From positions 4,030,001 to 4,094,000 of the forward strand of contig OX337228.1 of NCBI GenBank assembly GCA_946965045.2: a stretch of 64,000 bases of DNA, written 5' to 3'. The DNA is from Epithemia pelagica (lineage: Eukaryota; Protista; Bacillariophyta). The position numbers and the translations under genes were made by a program. Below, one piece after another: positions 20,101-31,750 of the stretch (position 1 is its first letter; the number at the start of each line of letters is the position of its first letter). The notes under the pieces are model-generated. The model made no database searches. It was not told where the DNA came from and worked only from the letters and a program-made list of their open reading frames with translations.

Positions 20101-23100
20101 GAAGACTTATGGAGTGGGATATCAACTCACAATCGAACGGACAAATAACGAAGAAAGCGTTGACGATCTGAAAGATCTCGTGACAACCAACGTTCCAGAA
20201 GCTTCACTTCTGAGTGACGTCGGAACCGAGCTCAGTTTCCAGTTGCCCATAGGAGCATCAGAGAATTTCAAACCAATCTTCGAGGGCTTAGATTCTGAGA
20301 TTGAGTCCGGGACCGTGTTGTCATATGGAGTGTCCATCACAACACTTGATGGTGAGTTTTAAAAGAGTGGAGATAAGCGCCTTCATGTCCTCTCTTCTCT
20401 CTCCCGGTTCCCTAACATCTTTGGAATAGAGGTTTTTCTACTTGTTGCTCGTGGTGGCCAGACGGCAACCAGCAAGAGAGAATACAACTCCAGCATTCGC
20501 CAAAGTGGCGAGCCTATGAACACAGAATACGATGCTGATAAGAGTGCCCGGTCTAAGATGGACTTGGACAATGATGGCTTGTTCAACACTCATCTCATTG
20601 CTCTTTTCAAGAAGCGGGCTGCATACTTTCGACGTGACAAGAAGGCCTGGGTGAGTATAGGCGTCGAGTGAAACTGAAAAGCATGCATCTCTTTCTCATT
20701 TTATTTTTCACAGTGCTGTACAACACTCGTTCCTAGCATATGTGCATTGTTCGGTTTCATCATTTACGCACTCACGAGAGGCGACAACAATTATGAAGCT
20801 ATCACTCTCTCACTTTCTTCCTTCAACAAGGGTGTCGAAGACGGTCCAAGAAACCCTGTTGTTTTCAACGAACCTTCAGACACCTTCACATGTCAACCAG
20901 GCGAGTGTGCCTATCAAGTGCCGACCACTGTGGTGAATTCGACTAGTGAGCAATATTTCTTCTGTGGATATCAAGCAAGAGTAGTTGGGAACTGTTCGGT
21001 TGATAATTCTTCTGACTTCATCGAATTTATTGGGGGCGATCTTGCGACGCCCGAACCTGCACAAGTTTCCAACATTTTTGAGTCCTCCCTGGCCTTGAAC
21101 GCAAGCAGGAATGATTACATCGCGTCGCAATACGGTGCTGTTTGGTTTTCCCATGAGGTCAACAGTATCCTCAATGATGGTTCTCTGTACGGTAATACGA
21201 CTGTCGAGGAATGTCTTTCAAATCCTGGAAACTACACCAGCGAAGCTGTCTGTCAAAGGTTTGGGGGAATCGGATACACCATTCAGTATAATTTTACCGC
21301 TCTCCATGCCTCCCCGTTGTTCCAAGGTTTAGCCGATGAGGCTTTGGTTAGAAGTTCTCAAGGCTCCGACGATTTCGTGGCTACTGTTACAATTGACCCG
21401 TTGCCGATCACTGTTAAAGAGAGTGGTTTTGCGGAAGCCGATTCATTAACTGCCTTGTGGATGCTCACGGTGCTAAGCTTCCCATTTATTGGCGGAGCAT
21501 ATGCCAGGTAAGCGTGTTTGTCCCTCGCATTGTTCCTTTAACTTCATCTCACATGCTGCCTGATTCGCAGTTTTGTTGTTGCCGAGCGTGAATCCAAAGC
21601 AAAGCATTTGCAGACAGTTGCTGGGGTTAAGGCATCAGCGTATTGGCTTTCGACACTTTTGTGGGACACGCTGAATTATCAGTTGCCTTGTTGGTTGATA
21701 GTCGCTTTTTTGTATGCGTTTGACGTTTCCAGCTTGACGACAACTGATCGTCAAGCGGCGTCTGGAGTTATTGTGCTCCTTGTCGTGTATGGGCCTGCTG
21801 CCGCCGCATTCAGCTACTGTGTTTCTTTTGGATTCAAGTCGCCATCTCTATGTGCTCTTGTCCTCATCGTCTCCGGGTTTCTGATCGCCCTCGGTGGACC
21901 GCTCACAATCTTCATTCTGGAGAATCTTGCAAGAGACGACCCAAATGACCCAAAAGATAACTTGCTCACTGCAGCTGACGTAATCGCTTGGATTCTTCGG
22001 ATCTTTTTCCCCACTTTCAATCTGGGAAAGGGCCTGTTATACATCATCAATGTCGAAAGTTTCGAATACCTGGAAGGCAAAGACCTCACTGCATGGGACC
22101 CTGAAATCTTGCTCCTGGAGGTCATTTTTCTCGTTATACAGACGTTTGCATACATGCTTCTGGCGCTCCAACTTGATGTATGGAGCAGTAGCCCCAAGGC
22201 CGTATCAATTTGGCAGGGTTTTCTCCGCGTTGTTTCATGTAGCTGGGCGTTTAAGAAGCAGAAAGAAGAAGTCGACATTACAACTGCGCTTCCGGATGAC
22301 AGTGACGTGATCGCCGAACAAGATCGTGTGCTGGCTGGTGAAGCTAACAACGACTTGATTGTTATCAGTCAACTTACTAAGGTGTACGACAACCAAAAGG
22401 TAGCCGTGAACAACATGTCTTTGGGAATCCCGCCAGGTATGGCATTCGGTCTTCTCGGGATCAATGGTGCCGGCAAGACTACAACGATGGGCATGGTAAG
22501 TCTTTGTTTCCAGTTTCGGTTTTGGAACAGGCTAGTAGTGAAACGCTCACTTGTTTTTTATTGTTTCAGTTGACAGCAGAGTTTCCACCCACCAGTGGGG
22601 ACGCAACGCTCGCTGGATATAGCGTCACGATGGAACCTGAGAAGACCCGCCGACGCATTGGTTATTGTCCTCAGTTCGATGCTCATTTTGCCAACCTGAC
22701 TGGTCGGGAACATGTAGAGCTGTATGCCTCGGTAAAGGGAGTTCCAAAGCAGTTTGTGTCCGAAGCTGCGGCTTCCAAGCTGAAGGAAGTGGGTCTCAGT
22801 GAAGAAGATTCAAACCGTTTGGCTGTGGGCTACAGTGGAGGAATGAAGCGCCGTCTTTCTTTGGCCTGTGCTACCATTGGACATCCTCAGATTGTCTTTT
22901 TGGATGAGTGTTCGACGGGTAAGTTTGTATATGTGACGTGTTTGTGTTGATATCTGCAGTATAGTGGTCCCTCACCTCAATTTTGAAAATACAGGTGTGG
23001 ACCCAGTAGCTCGACGTGAAATCTGGGAGTTGATCAGTGATATGGTTTCGGGTGGTAATGTACCTGAAGAGGAGCGGACCAGTGTTATTCTCACGACTCA

Positions 23101-23904
23101 TTCGTAAGTTTGGAGGATGGTTCTCTGTTGGACTTGATTTTATGCCATCTCAAATATTTTGTCTCGATCTGCGACAGTATGGAAGAATGTGAGGCCCTCT
23201 GCCCGCGTATTGGAATCATGGCCAATGGTCGGCTTCGTTGTTTGGGATCTGCCCAGCATTTGAAAAACAAGTTTGGCCAAGGATTCCAGTTGGAACTTAA
23301 AGTCAAGCTCGTGGAAAGAGAGGATGAAGACTTTCTTCGCATCCGCTCGGAGTTGGCATCCTTCAAAGGAAGCATTGTCAATGACGTTCACAACGGCGAA
23401 GAAGACGCCAATGACGGTGAAGAGCATGTGGAACGCGATGAAGGAATGGAAGCTGGCGTGTCGAAAGACGAGGACGAAATTTATTTCAACTTGTCCGAAG
23501 TCCATGCCGCCTTGGATGCGATATCTGGAGACGACTCGATTTCTGCCTTGGTGGAGGAGAGTAATCCCGTGGGATACGGTATTTGGAAGAATGCCGTTCA
23601 AGGGATGCAAGAGTTGGACGAATTGGCCGTCTTTTGTGCCAGTGAACTTCGCATGCGTCGTATGGAACAGGCCATCACCGAAGAGTATCCCAGTTCGTTG
23701 CTTCGGGAACGTCAAGACAACAAGACCCGATACGAAATCTCCTCAGAAGGCGTGCGCATTTCTAGTATCTTTGCGTTTGTAGAAGAGAACAAGGAGGATC
23801 TTCACTTGTCCGACTATGGCGTGAGTCAAACCAGTTTAGAGCAGGTGTTTAACTTACACGCCTCCGAAGCCGAAAAATTGAAGCAGGGACGAAACGATGG
23901 TTAG
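17125..23904 (+). CDS. ABCA: ABC transporter subfamily A (full size, two TMD-NBD halves), 13 predicted GT-AG introns
   Basis: Start [17 protein letters not shown]. Walker A LLGHNGA|GKTT and [11 protein letters not shown]; signatures [12 protein letters not shown] and [12 protein letters not shown]; ABCA-type C-terminus [12 protein letters not shown]. Donor sites at about 17209, 18336, 19176, 19420, 19711, 19826, 19938, 20352, 20651, 21508, 22496, 22919 and 23105. Confidence 0.93.
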
Positions 23905-24353
23905 ATGGCATGCTCAATCCAACGTGTCCCAGATTTTAGAAAGAAGTGTTCATGAACCAATGTCCCCAAAGAAATGGAAAATGATTGTCGAACAAGATTC
24001 ACACCGATATTATCTACATAGTCTCGATTATATTTGTTTCACGTTATGTATTCGACGTTCTCCGTCTCCATACACTCTCCTCTAGAGGAATCTATATTGG
24101 ACTCCTGGAAGTTTCATTGCACGGAAGAAATGGCTCTTGAGGGATAGGCCCACAGGAGTAGGTAGAGGGGGTAGGCCGAACAGGGAATGGATCGTGCATC
24201 CGATCGCGCAATAAATGAGTGACAAATCCTTTCCCTACACCCACCATCAATGCAAATTTTGCCAATGCGCCTGGCGCTTGTGCTTGGTCTATATCCTATT
24301 TCAGAATCACACAAGGCAGTGTCGTTAAAACACGCTCTCTTTGATCAGTTTTT

Positions 24354-26354
24354 ATGCAAGACAAGAAAAAAGGAAATCGAGGTAGTGAGGACGGTTGCGA
24401 AGAATCTATGGAGGGTGCCGACGACCTACCGCCGCAGAGATTATCTTTGTGTTCGACGGTCTCGTCCCCATCATCTATTCTCAACATGAACGAGTCATCT
24501 GTGGATCTGGAATTAGATTTGCTGACATTCCGATTTCACGCGAATACATTAAACAAATTTTGGACACCGATGAAAGAATTGGGATGGACCTATGACAGTT
24601 CAAGGGGTACCTACCAGTCACCATCATTGTCGTCAAGTGTGTCGTTGTTGGAGACCAAAGCGTTTGCCAGTGCCGGAGACGTGTTGCAGTTCTTGGATGC
24701 TTCGGCTTTACCCACACTCTCTGGCACCAATCTGCTGGAACCGAAACCACAAACTCCATTATTGCTCAACCCAAGTGAATTGAACTTGGCCCGCCATCTT
24801 CGACGAGCCCTGTTAACCAAACTACATGAACAACTGATCAGTAACGACGACGAAACAGAAACTGAGAGCGTTCGTTCCACCAACGAAGGGATCTCAGCAC
24901 ATAAAGTTAAGTCTTCCAAGCAACCTCCAACAAGGAAAAGGTCTTCGGCACGTCTCGCGTCCTTGTCTTCTAATTCGTCGTCGAGAGCCTCCACCACGAT
25001 CAACGAGAAAGGAACTGACTTGTATTTGCATCGTCATTCTCGACGACGGCGTAAACGACCCTCCTCTTCTTCTAAACAACCATTTGAGGCATCCTCCTTT
25101 CCCTGGTTAGATCTGGGGCCTCAACACATGACACTGGACAAATGCATCAACTACACATCAAATCTTTTCCCATCAAGTGACCATAACCATGACAGTACCG
25201 TGGAATCTACACTCTTAGCCGAATGGCGCTTTCTCTTAAAAACCAACCACTCTCTCTTGTTTTTTGGAAGTGGATCAAAACGAGCTCTCTTGACTCAATT
25301 GGCAGGGGACGAACTTTCTCAGGAAGGTCATGTACTCCTTGTGGATGCATGTCAGGAGGATGCCAATATGGATGAGATTCTCGACATGTTGGTTCAAATG
25401 TTTTTGAAGAACCAAGAACCACCACTTATTCTGGCAAGACCAGCAACCATGCAACAAGACTCTGAGCAGGACAAGAGCACGTCGATTCGAGGCTTGGGCC
25501 AAGCATCTCCATCGTCGCCATTAGTGGACCGTGCCATGGCAATTGGACAAGCTCTAGCAGAGCAAAGCAATTTGGACCAAGACGATGGGTTGCCAATATT
25601 TTTGGTGATTCACAGTTTAGATACCTCAGAATTTGCCAATGCTCATGTCCAGGAGGCCTTGGAGATTCTGGTTCTGTATAGCAGGACATCACCCAACAGT
25701 CTGACAACTGTTCGATTGGTTGCCAGCGTCGACTCTATTGATGCCCCCCAGCAGTTGCGCTCGCGAGACTATCCCACCGGTCGATTGGGAGGAGGAGGAT
25801 GGTCCTGGATGTACCAAGTGGGAGTTCCCATTACCTCTTCTTCTTTGCCCTGGGGTCGTCCCTATACAGAGGAATTGCGGCGTTTGGATGACCCAGATGA
25901 CGTGACTATGAGCAAACGAGGGGGGAAATCCAGTGGTCCAGTCCAGGAGACCTTGCAACAAATCCGAGCCAGTCGCGTCGTCGATGTCCTCCGGCATTTG
26001 GCACCCCGTCATGCCGAAGTTGTTCAGATCTTGGCGCAACTCCAACTAGATCACATAGACCGCTATCCCGAAACCAACACAAATCATAACAACAAACGAC
26101 GCAAAAGTCAAACTACAACGTTCAATCGAGTGAGCTACCAAGTCTTTTGTACAGAATGTCAACGCGCTTGTGCCGTGCCCAGAGAATCGGACTTGCGCAG
26201 GTATTTGCGCGAGCTCGGCGATCATGGGTTGGTCATAAGTACGGTGGATCAAGATCAAACGGAATTTGTTCATATCCCTTATGACGCGGCCAAACTGAAG
26301 GAAATGGTGGAAGCCATATCGGCTTCCAAAAGAAAGGCAAATCAACAACCTTGA
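24354..26354 (+). CDS. ORC2: Origin recognition complex subunit 2-like
   Basis: EWRFLLKTNHSLLFFGSGSKRALL, IFLVIHSLD, LVASVD, and C-terminal LRRYLRELGDHGLV resemble ORC2 motifs. Confidence 0.8.
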   Translation: MQDKKKGNRGSEDGCEESMEGADDLPPQRLSLCSTVSSPSSILNMNESSVDLELDLLTFRFHANTLNKFWTPMKELGWTYDSSRGTYQSPSLSSSVSLLETKAFASAGDVLQFLDASALPTLSGTNLLEPKPQTPLLLNPSELNLARHLRRALLTKLHEQLISNDDETETESVRSTNEGISAHKVKSSKQPPTRKRSSARLASLSSNSSSRASTTINEKGTDLYLHRHSRRRRKRPSSSSKQPFEASSFPWLDLGPQHMTLDKCINYTSNLFPSSDHNHDSTVESTLLAEWRFLLKTNHSLLFFGSGSKRALLTQLAGDELSQEGHVLLVDACQEDANMDEILDMLVQMFLKNQEPPLILARPATMQQDSEQDKSTSIRGLGQASPSSPLVDRAMAIGQALAEQSNLDQDDGLPIFLVIHSLDTSEFANAHVQEALEILVLYSRTSPNSLTTVRLVASVDSIDAPQQLRSRDYPTGRLGGGGWSWMYQVGVPITSSSLPWGRPYTEELRRLDDPDDVTMSKRGGKSSGPVQETLQQIRASRVVDVLRHLAPRHAEVVQILAQLQLDHIDRYPETNTNHNNKRRKSQTTTFNRVSYQVFCTECQRACAVPRESDLRRYLRELGDHGLVISTVDQDQTEFVHIPYDAAKLKEMVEAISASKRKANQQP

Positions 26355-26528
26355 AACCCAACTCTGCCGTTAAACTTTCACGAAGAAGGTCTAATGGTGC
26401 ACTTGAGGGTTTCGTTTTCCAACTGCCGTAAAAGCAACTACGCTCCATAGGAAGCGAAGAGACTTGTGATTAGATATCTGTAGTTGTTCTTTGCCGTCGT
26501 AGTTGATGCCGTAGCGGCGCCTTTGGTA

Positions 26529-27758
26529 CTAAGGAGAATCGATAACAACCAATGTTGGCGAAGGCTCCTTGACTGCAATAGGTTCATCCTTTGCACCTTT
26601 GAGCGTTTTGTTTTTCTTGTCTGTGGCAACGTCATCTTTGGTTGAGTCATCTTGTTCGTTCTTTGTGGCTGGATTTTGCAGTTGTGCTTGCTTTCCCTTT
26701 TTCGTCTTCTTGCGTTTGCGGTTGGTAAATGGCTTGCACAAGGCTTCGTACAAGCGTGCAACCTTGACTTGTCCCAGACCGGGAACCAAGGCCAATTCTT
26801 CTGGTGTCGCCTTAGCAAAGAGTGCTTGCATAGATCCAAAGTGTCCTAGCAAATTGGCAGCATCCGTTTTGTTCAAGGCGGGACAGGCAGTCAAGACATG
26901 AGTGACTTGATCGCCAAATTGATTGGCGGACTTTGGTTTTTGAATCAAGGATGTGTGATGATGTGTATTGTGCATGGCTTGAAAGGTTTCCAAATAACGA
27001 CCAGCTTCTTCAGCTGTCCAAGCCAGAACCAAGGTCCATTTCTGAACAATGGCTCGATGTTGAAGGTCTCGCAACACTTGGGCATTGTCTTGGACATCGA
27101 CCAAGACCAGCAGAATGCGCAAGACAAAATCCATTTTGATTTGGTCCATGCGAAGTTGCAAATATGATTTGTTGACTTTATGGTATTTGAGGGACAAAAA
27201 CAAGGCGCATTGTGTGGGAGAAAAGAGATAATCTGGCAACATGCGAATGAATTGTGTGGGAACGTTGCGAATGTATTGCAACACAAGATTGCCCTGTTGT
27301 TTGGGAGAAATGTACAAGACATGATCGTGTGCGGCTGTGCCCACGGCTTGCATTTCCCGGTCGGTTAACCGTCGTGTATTTGGGCTTGTTGTGCCGTCCT
27401 TGCCGTTATTGCTGTTGATGTTGTTGTTGTTGTCCTGGTCGGACAAGAGGGATGCTGTGGTATTCGTAGTCGTTGTGGTGCTGATGGTGGCAGGTGTCCC
27501 AGACTTGGCAGCTGATGCATAATCTTCCACATAATCATCAACAGAGGAAAAGGCTTGAGAAAAGGACGAAAAGGGGACCGTCATATTGTCTGGAAGCAAC
27601 TCACGGCGAGGTCGACTAAGTCCTGTGGTTGTGGACGAGGATGCTGCCGGTTGTGTTCGTGGTGGTTGTGTCGTGGTGGCAGACACGGATGGAGTTGTCT
27701 TGGGTTTCTTCCTGGCGTAAGGATTCACCATCATCTTGGTAGATGGTTTTTCACTCAT
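26529..27758 (-). CDS. ERCC1: DNA excision repair protein ERCC1/Rad10
   Basis: SPKQQGNLVLQYIRNVP, PDYLFSPTQCALFLSLKYH, LRILLVLVDV, LVLAWTAEEAGRYLETF, and HhH motif PGLGQVK. Confidence 0.92.
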   Translation of the reverse strand: MSEKPSTKMMVNPYARKKPKTTPSVSATTTQPPRTQPAASSSTTTGLSRPRRELLPDNMTVPFSSFSQAFSSVDDYVEDYASAAKSGTPATISTTTTTNTTASLLSDQDNNNNINSNNGKDGTTSPNTRRLTDREMQAVGTAAHDHVLYISPKQQGNLVLQYIRNVPTQFIRMLPDYLFSPTQCALFLSLKYHKVNKSYLQLRMDQIKMDFVLRILLVLVDVQDNAQVLRDLQHRAIVQKWTLVLAWTAEEAGRYLETFQAMHNTHHHTSLIQKPKSANQFGDQVTHVLTACPALNKTDAANLLGHFGSMQALFAKATPEELALVPGLGQVKVARLYEALCKPFTNRKRKKTKKGKQAQLQNPATKNEQDDSTKDDVATDKKNKTLKGAKDEPIAVKEPSPTLVVIDSP

Positions 27759-28057
27759 TTTCGTACCATCTACCAGAAAGGATTATGATAGACAGTGTAC
27801 AACCAAAGGACGGCACTTTGTTCATGGTGGTCGAATGTGGTACGGGCAAAATCTCATTCCAAACCATCGGCAGGTGAGTCGCATAAAGACAAAGGGATGA
27901 ACCCCCTCTTTGCACGCTCCTCCACCCCATATTTCAAAAGCAAAAGGTCAAGGGGGGCAAAGAAAAATGGAGGGACATTTTTAGACCGCAAACGAGCAAC
28001 AAGTTCGTTCTATTGTATCAGGGTCCTCTGCAAACGCATCATATCCTCACAATCATC

Positions 28058-30193
28058 ATGGCGGATGTTGCGAACGAATCGGATGAAGAACGGCGACAGC
28101 GGTTGCATCAGGAAGAAATGGAACGACTGTTGATGGATCAAGAAGAACAAGAACCAACCGCTGACCATGGACCCGATAATCTCGACAACATCAATAACAA
28201 TGAAAATCAAGGTTTCAATATCATGGGAAACAACAATGATATCAACAATAATGATATGGGTGACATGAACCACCCTGTCGCCGGTGTTGGTGGGAGTGCT
28301 CGTTTCCAAATTCGTCTACCAAAATTAACCTATACGCACTCCTCCTTTTTGGCCGCAGCCGCAACCATTGCTTACGCCCTACGGACACGTGGTCAATGGT
28401 ACTTGGCCTTGGTTTATTTGAGTAGTTCGAAATGGGCCTTTTGCATTCTGGGCAATGCTATGGTCGCGTTGGCCGTGCAAGTCTTTACCTATACCACCCA
28501 TGTCTTTTTGCAAGGTGGATTGCGATTGCACGAAGCGGAAGGCTTGCAAGACTTTTTTCGTTGGAATGTCACCGAAACCTGTTTGGCCTTGACCATGTTT
28601 CGCTCCGAATTGTCGGTGGGCACGGCCTTGGAATTTCTGTGTTTGGTTGTGGCCAAGTGTTTGCATCATGTGGCCGTCCTACGACAAACCCATTTGCGCA
28701 TGACAGACGACGCCATTCAACCCGCTTCGTGGAATCCACGCATCCCTGTGATTCCCGCTCATCACCTTCGGATTCTGCTGTTACTTCTCGTGCTGCAGTG
28801 TTTGGATTTGTGTGCCTTGCATTATACGGCACAGCTTTTGATGGACGCGGGACCCTCCGTCTCGATTTTGTTTGCCTTTGAAGCGGCCATTTTGTTGGCT
28901 TCGGCCTGGAGTCATTTACTCTTATGGCATTTGCATGTCATGGATGGATTACTTCATTTTGTCCATGATCATGCTGCCGGTGGAACATCCTCGTCGTTGA
29001 GTCGAACATGGTTGCATATTTGGAAAGAACACAAGGCCACTTTGACCTTTGCTGTGGAATTACAAGCCCAAGCCGTACAATTCTTGTTTTATTTGAGTTT
29101 CTTTGGATTTGTTTTGACGTATTACGGTGTTCCGATTAATCTGTTTCGAGAAGTCTACTTGAGTTTTGCCGCACTCAAGGAACGGATGGTAGCCTTCTTT
29201 AAATACCGTCGCTTGATGGCCAATATGAATTCCTTTTCCAATCCGACCGAGGAAGAATTGGATCAAGCCGGACGTGTTTGTATCATTTGTCGCGATGAAA
29301 TGACGGTACTGGATTGCAAGAAATTGCCCATTTGTCAACACATTTTTCACAAGTCTTGTCTCCGTGAATGGTTGACTCAACAACAAACATGTCCCACCTG
29401 TCGTTCTGACATTGTGGCCAATCAAGCGCAAGAGGCTACACGAAATGCCGCTGCCGCACAGGCACAACAACGACAAGAACAAGAAGGCCAACAACAGCAA
29501 CAGCAAGATACTGTAGATCAATCCGACACCAACAATGAGGCGCCAGCTCGTGAGGTTGGACCAGGGACCGAATCATCTTCCACGAAGCCAAAGGATCCTC
29601 CTGACACAAACGGTCATTTGGGTACCACGACAAGTTCTTCTTCGAATTCGAACAACCATTGCGATGAGAAGAACAAGAGCGATAAACAACCACCGACCAA
29701 CGCCACTGCCAACAAATCAGATGATTCTTCTTGGTGTGATTTGCTGGCATCCTCAACCGACGACGGTCCATCCTCCTCCTCACCACCAATCTCCTCCTCA
29801 GCCACCCCTGGCAAAGTGGTGCGATTTTCCTCGACTCTTCGCCAGTATCATCCTCATCTCGGAGCTACGACTACTACAACACTTCCCGATACAGCCTTTC
29901 CAGCCTTGTACCGAGTGGTCAAGGCGAGTGGAGCCACGGTTTGGCACTTTGACGAACCGCCACCACCCGATCCGGCCGCAACTGCACCAAACCAGTTGCC
30001 GCAAATGCCACCTCCTGTGATTCTTCGTACCATTCCCCTAAGTGTGGCCGTTTTGGGACTGAATGAAGATATCAAAGTAATGGAAGGTCCTACGATTCAT
30101 CATCCTCCATCCATGGTCAAATTTATTCAAATTCCTAATGGAGGATGGATTTCCGAAGATGACGTTTTGCGTGTGTATACGATTGGCGGATGA
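28058..30193 (+). CDS. HRD1: ERAD E3 ubiquitin ligase HRD1/synoviolin-like
   Basis: Multi-TM N-terminus (TETCLALTMFR, INLFREVYLSF) followed by RING-H2 CIICRDEM...CQHIFHKSCLREWLTQQQTCPTCR. Confidence 0.88.
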   Translation: MADVANESDEERRQRLHQEEMERLLMDQEEQEPTADHGPDNLDNINNNENQGFNIMGNNNDINNNDMGDMNHPVAGVGGSARFQIRLPKLTYTHSSFLAAAATIAYALRTRGQWYLALVYLSSSKWAFCILGNAMVALAVQVFTYTTHVFLQGGLRLHEAEGLQDFFRWNVTETCLALTMFRSELSVGTALEFLCLVVAKCLHHVAVLRQTHLRMTDDAIQPASWNPRIPVIPAHHLRILLLLLVLQCLDLCALHYTAQLLMDAGPSVSILFAFEAAILLASAWSHLLLWHLHVMDGLLHFVHDHAAGGTSSSLSRTWLHIWKEHKATLTFAVELQAQAVQFLFYLSFFGFVLTYYGVPINLFREVYLSFAALKERMVAFFKYRRLMANMNSFSNPTEEELDQAGRVCIICRDEMTVLDCKKLPICQHIFHKSCLREWLTQQQTCPTCRSDIVANQAQEATRNAAAAQAQQRQEQEGQQQQQQDTVDQSDTNNEAPAREVGPGTESSSTKPKDPPDTNGHLGTTTSSSSNSNNHCDEKNKSDKQPPTNATANKSDDSSWCDLLASSTDDGPSSSSPPISSSATPGKVVRFSSTLRQYHPHLGATTTTTLPDTAFPALYRVVKASGATVWHFDEPPPPDPAATAPNQLPQMPPPVILRTIPLSVAVLGLNEDIKVMEGPTIHHPPSMVKFIQIPNGGWISEDDVLRVYTIGG

Positions 30194-30433
30194 ACAACCA
30201 TACAAGCTTTCACATCAACGAGAAAGATGAGTGCTTCTTGTTTGTCTCGACACTAGAGAACAAAACCAAGGAGAACCGAAATGGACGCGATGAAGCTGAT
30301 TGGGGAATCCGAATAAATGACATGACTAATTGGTACTCCTGCTTTGCGGACCATCCTACAAGAAGGACACAAGTGTAAAGTATATAGAAAGAAGGCTTCG
30401 TTCTTTAGACAACAGTCGAGTAGAGGTTATCTA

Positions 30434-31165
30434 TCATGATTGTTTTTGTTCGTCCTCTTTGAGCTTTTTACGTGCAGCTGCCGCACTGACCAGAACTTGA
30501 AATTCTTTCATGATCGGATATCCTGCAAGGAACAACAGAACAAACCACAGAACTTGTGCTTTCAGTCCAAGTTTCAATGTAGTTCGACAATGGTAAACGG
30601 CATAGAGTCCCTCCACAATATGTGCCACGACGGTGAACCAAAAGATGCCTTGCAACATCCAAACCAGTATGGCGCTAGATCCAAACAGGGTCGACACTAG
30701 ATTCAATCCCAATCCTTCATCCAAGTCTTGAAGCACTTGGGTGAATTGAGGAATGCCCAATACAAAAATTCCATGAGCCATCGCGACGCTAATGAGGACA
30801 AGCACCAAGGCAACCGGTTTGGTAATCAACCACGAGATTTGGGGTGTCATGACTTGATGATGAATGGCAATCAATCGTGGTCGAATTTGCGACGAAGACG
30901 ACAAAGGTGGATTAAACGGATAATCGACAGAAATCATTTCGCACATGTCACCGCTACAGACAAACACTTGCAAGCGACAAGATGTCATGGTCACACGTTG
31001 CATTCTTGCATCTGTCATGTGCCATCCGGGTTGTTGCAGTTTGGCGTTTTTTGCTTTGGTCAACTCGTGAGCTGCCATGGCATAGACCGTTACACCATGA
31101 TCTTCATTCATATGAGTGCATATTCGTTTGGAAGCTTCTGCAGATATTTCATTGGGCGATGACAT
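30434..31165 (-). CDS. DUF2470-like domain protein with C-terminal TMEM254-like membrane region
   Basis: KRICTHMNEDH...MQRVTMTSCRL N-terminal motif; C-terminal VVAHIVEGLYAVYHC...QVLWFVLLFLAGYP. Confidence 0.65.
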   Translation of the reverse strand: MSSPNEISAEASKRICTHMNEDHGVTVYAMAAHELTKAKNAKLQQPGWHMTDARMQRVTMTSCRLQVFVCSGDMCEMISVDYPFNPPLSSSSQIRPRLIAIHHQVMTPQISWLITKPVALVLVLISVAMAHGIFVLGIPQFTQVLQDLDEGLGLNLVSTLFGSSAILVWMLQGIFWFTVVAHIVEGLYAVYHCRTTLKLGLKAQVLWFVLLFLAGYPIMKEFQVLVSAAAARKKLKEDEQKQS

Positions 31166-31750
31166 GGTTAAAACAAAGAAATAACATAACACGGAATGCA
31201 ATGACTTGAAAATCTTTTCTGAAGAGGGCAACGAAAAGATCGAGGATGACTGATGACTCACACATCGAAGTAAAGCGTCACGAATTAAATAAGCGACTGA
31301 AATTATGAGAACCCGTCCGTAGCTCTATCCTTTGAGGAAAATAGGGGGGGAGAAGGCAGAGGAGAGGGGGAGAGGAGGGGGAGAGAGAAGGAGAGAAGAA
31401 GGAGATTCCGTAAGTCAGATTCCTTCATGAAATCGATCCGCGTATTGCTCGCAGTCTCACGTTTGTTTCCTCTGACGTATGAAATGTTCTAGGAAGCTCC
31501 AAACTTCCCTCAGAGGGGAGAAGGCACTTCCCCTCCAAAACGATTAAGCCCTTCATGTCGTTTCAGCACCTTTTTGTTATTGAAACGACATTCTACACTG
31601 GTACAATCCTCCCGACCATCCGATGACCTTTCACGTGGTTCTACGTAGCATGTGATGAGGCGTATCCAGTCTGTGCTTCGCATCACAATCGGAACTGCTT
31701 GCACCTCGCACAAGATCTTGTCATAATTTTTTTTGCTACGATGTTACTCA

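Noticed and set aside
17209-23177. Introner-type repeated introns in the intron-rich ABCA gene
   Set aside because: The introns I compared share only splice and branch signals, not body sequence.
24354-27758. Functional cluster of ORC2 and ERCC1
   Set aside because: Convergent neighbours in a compact genome; two DNA-metabolism genes side by side is expected by chance.
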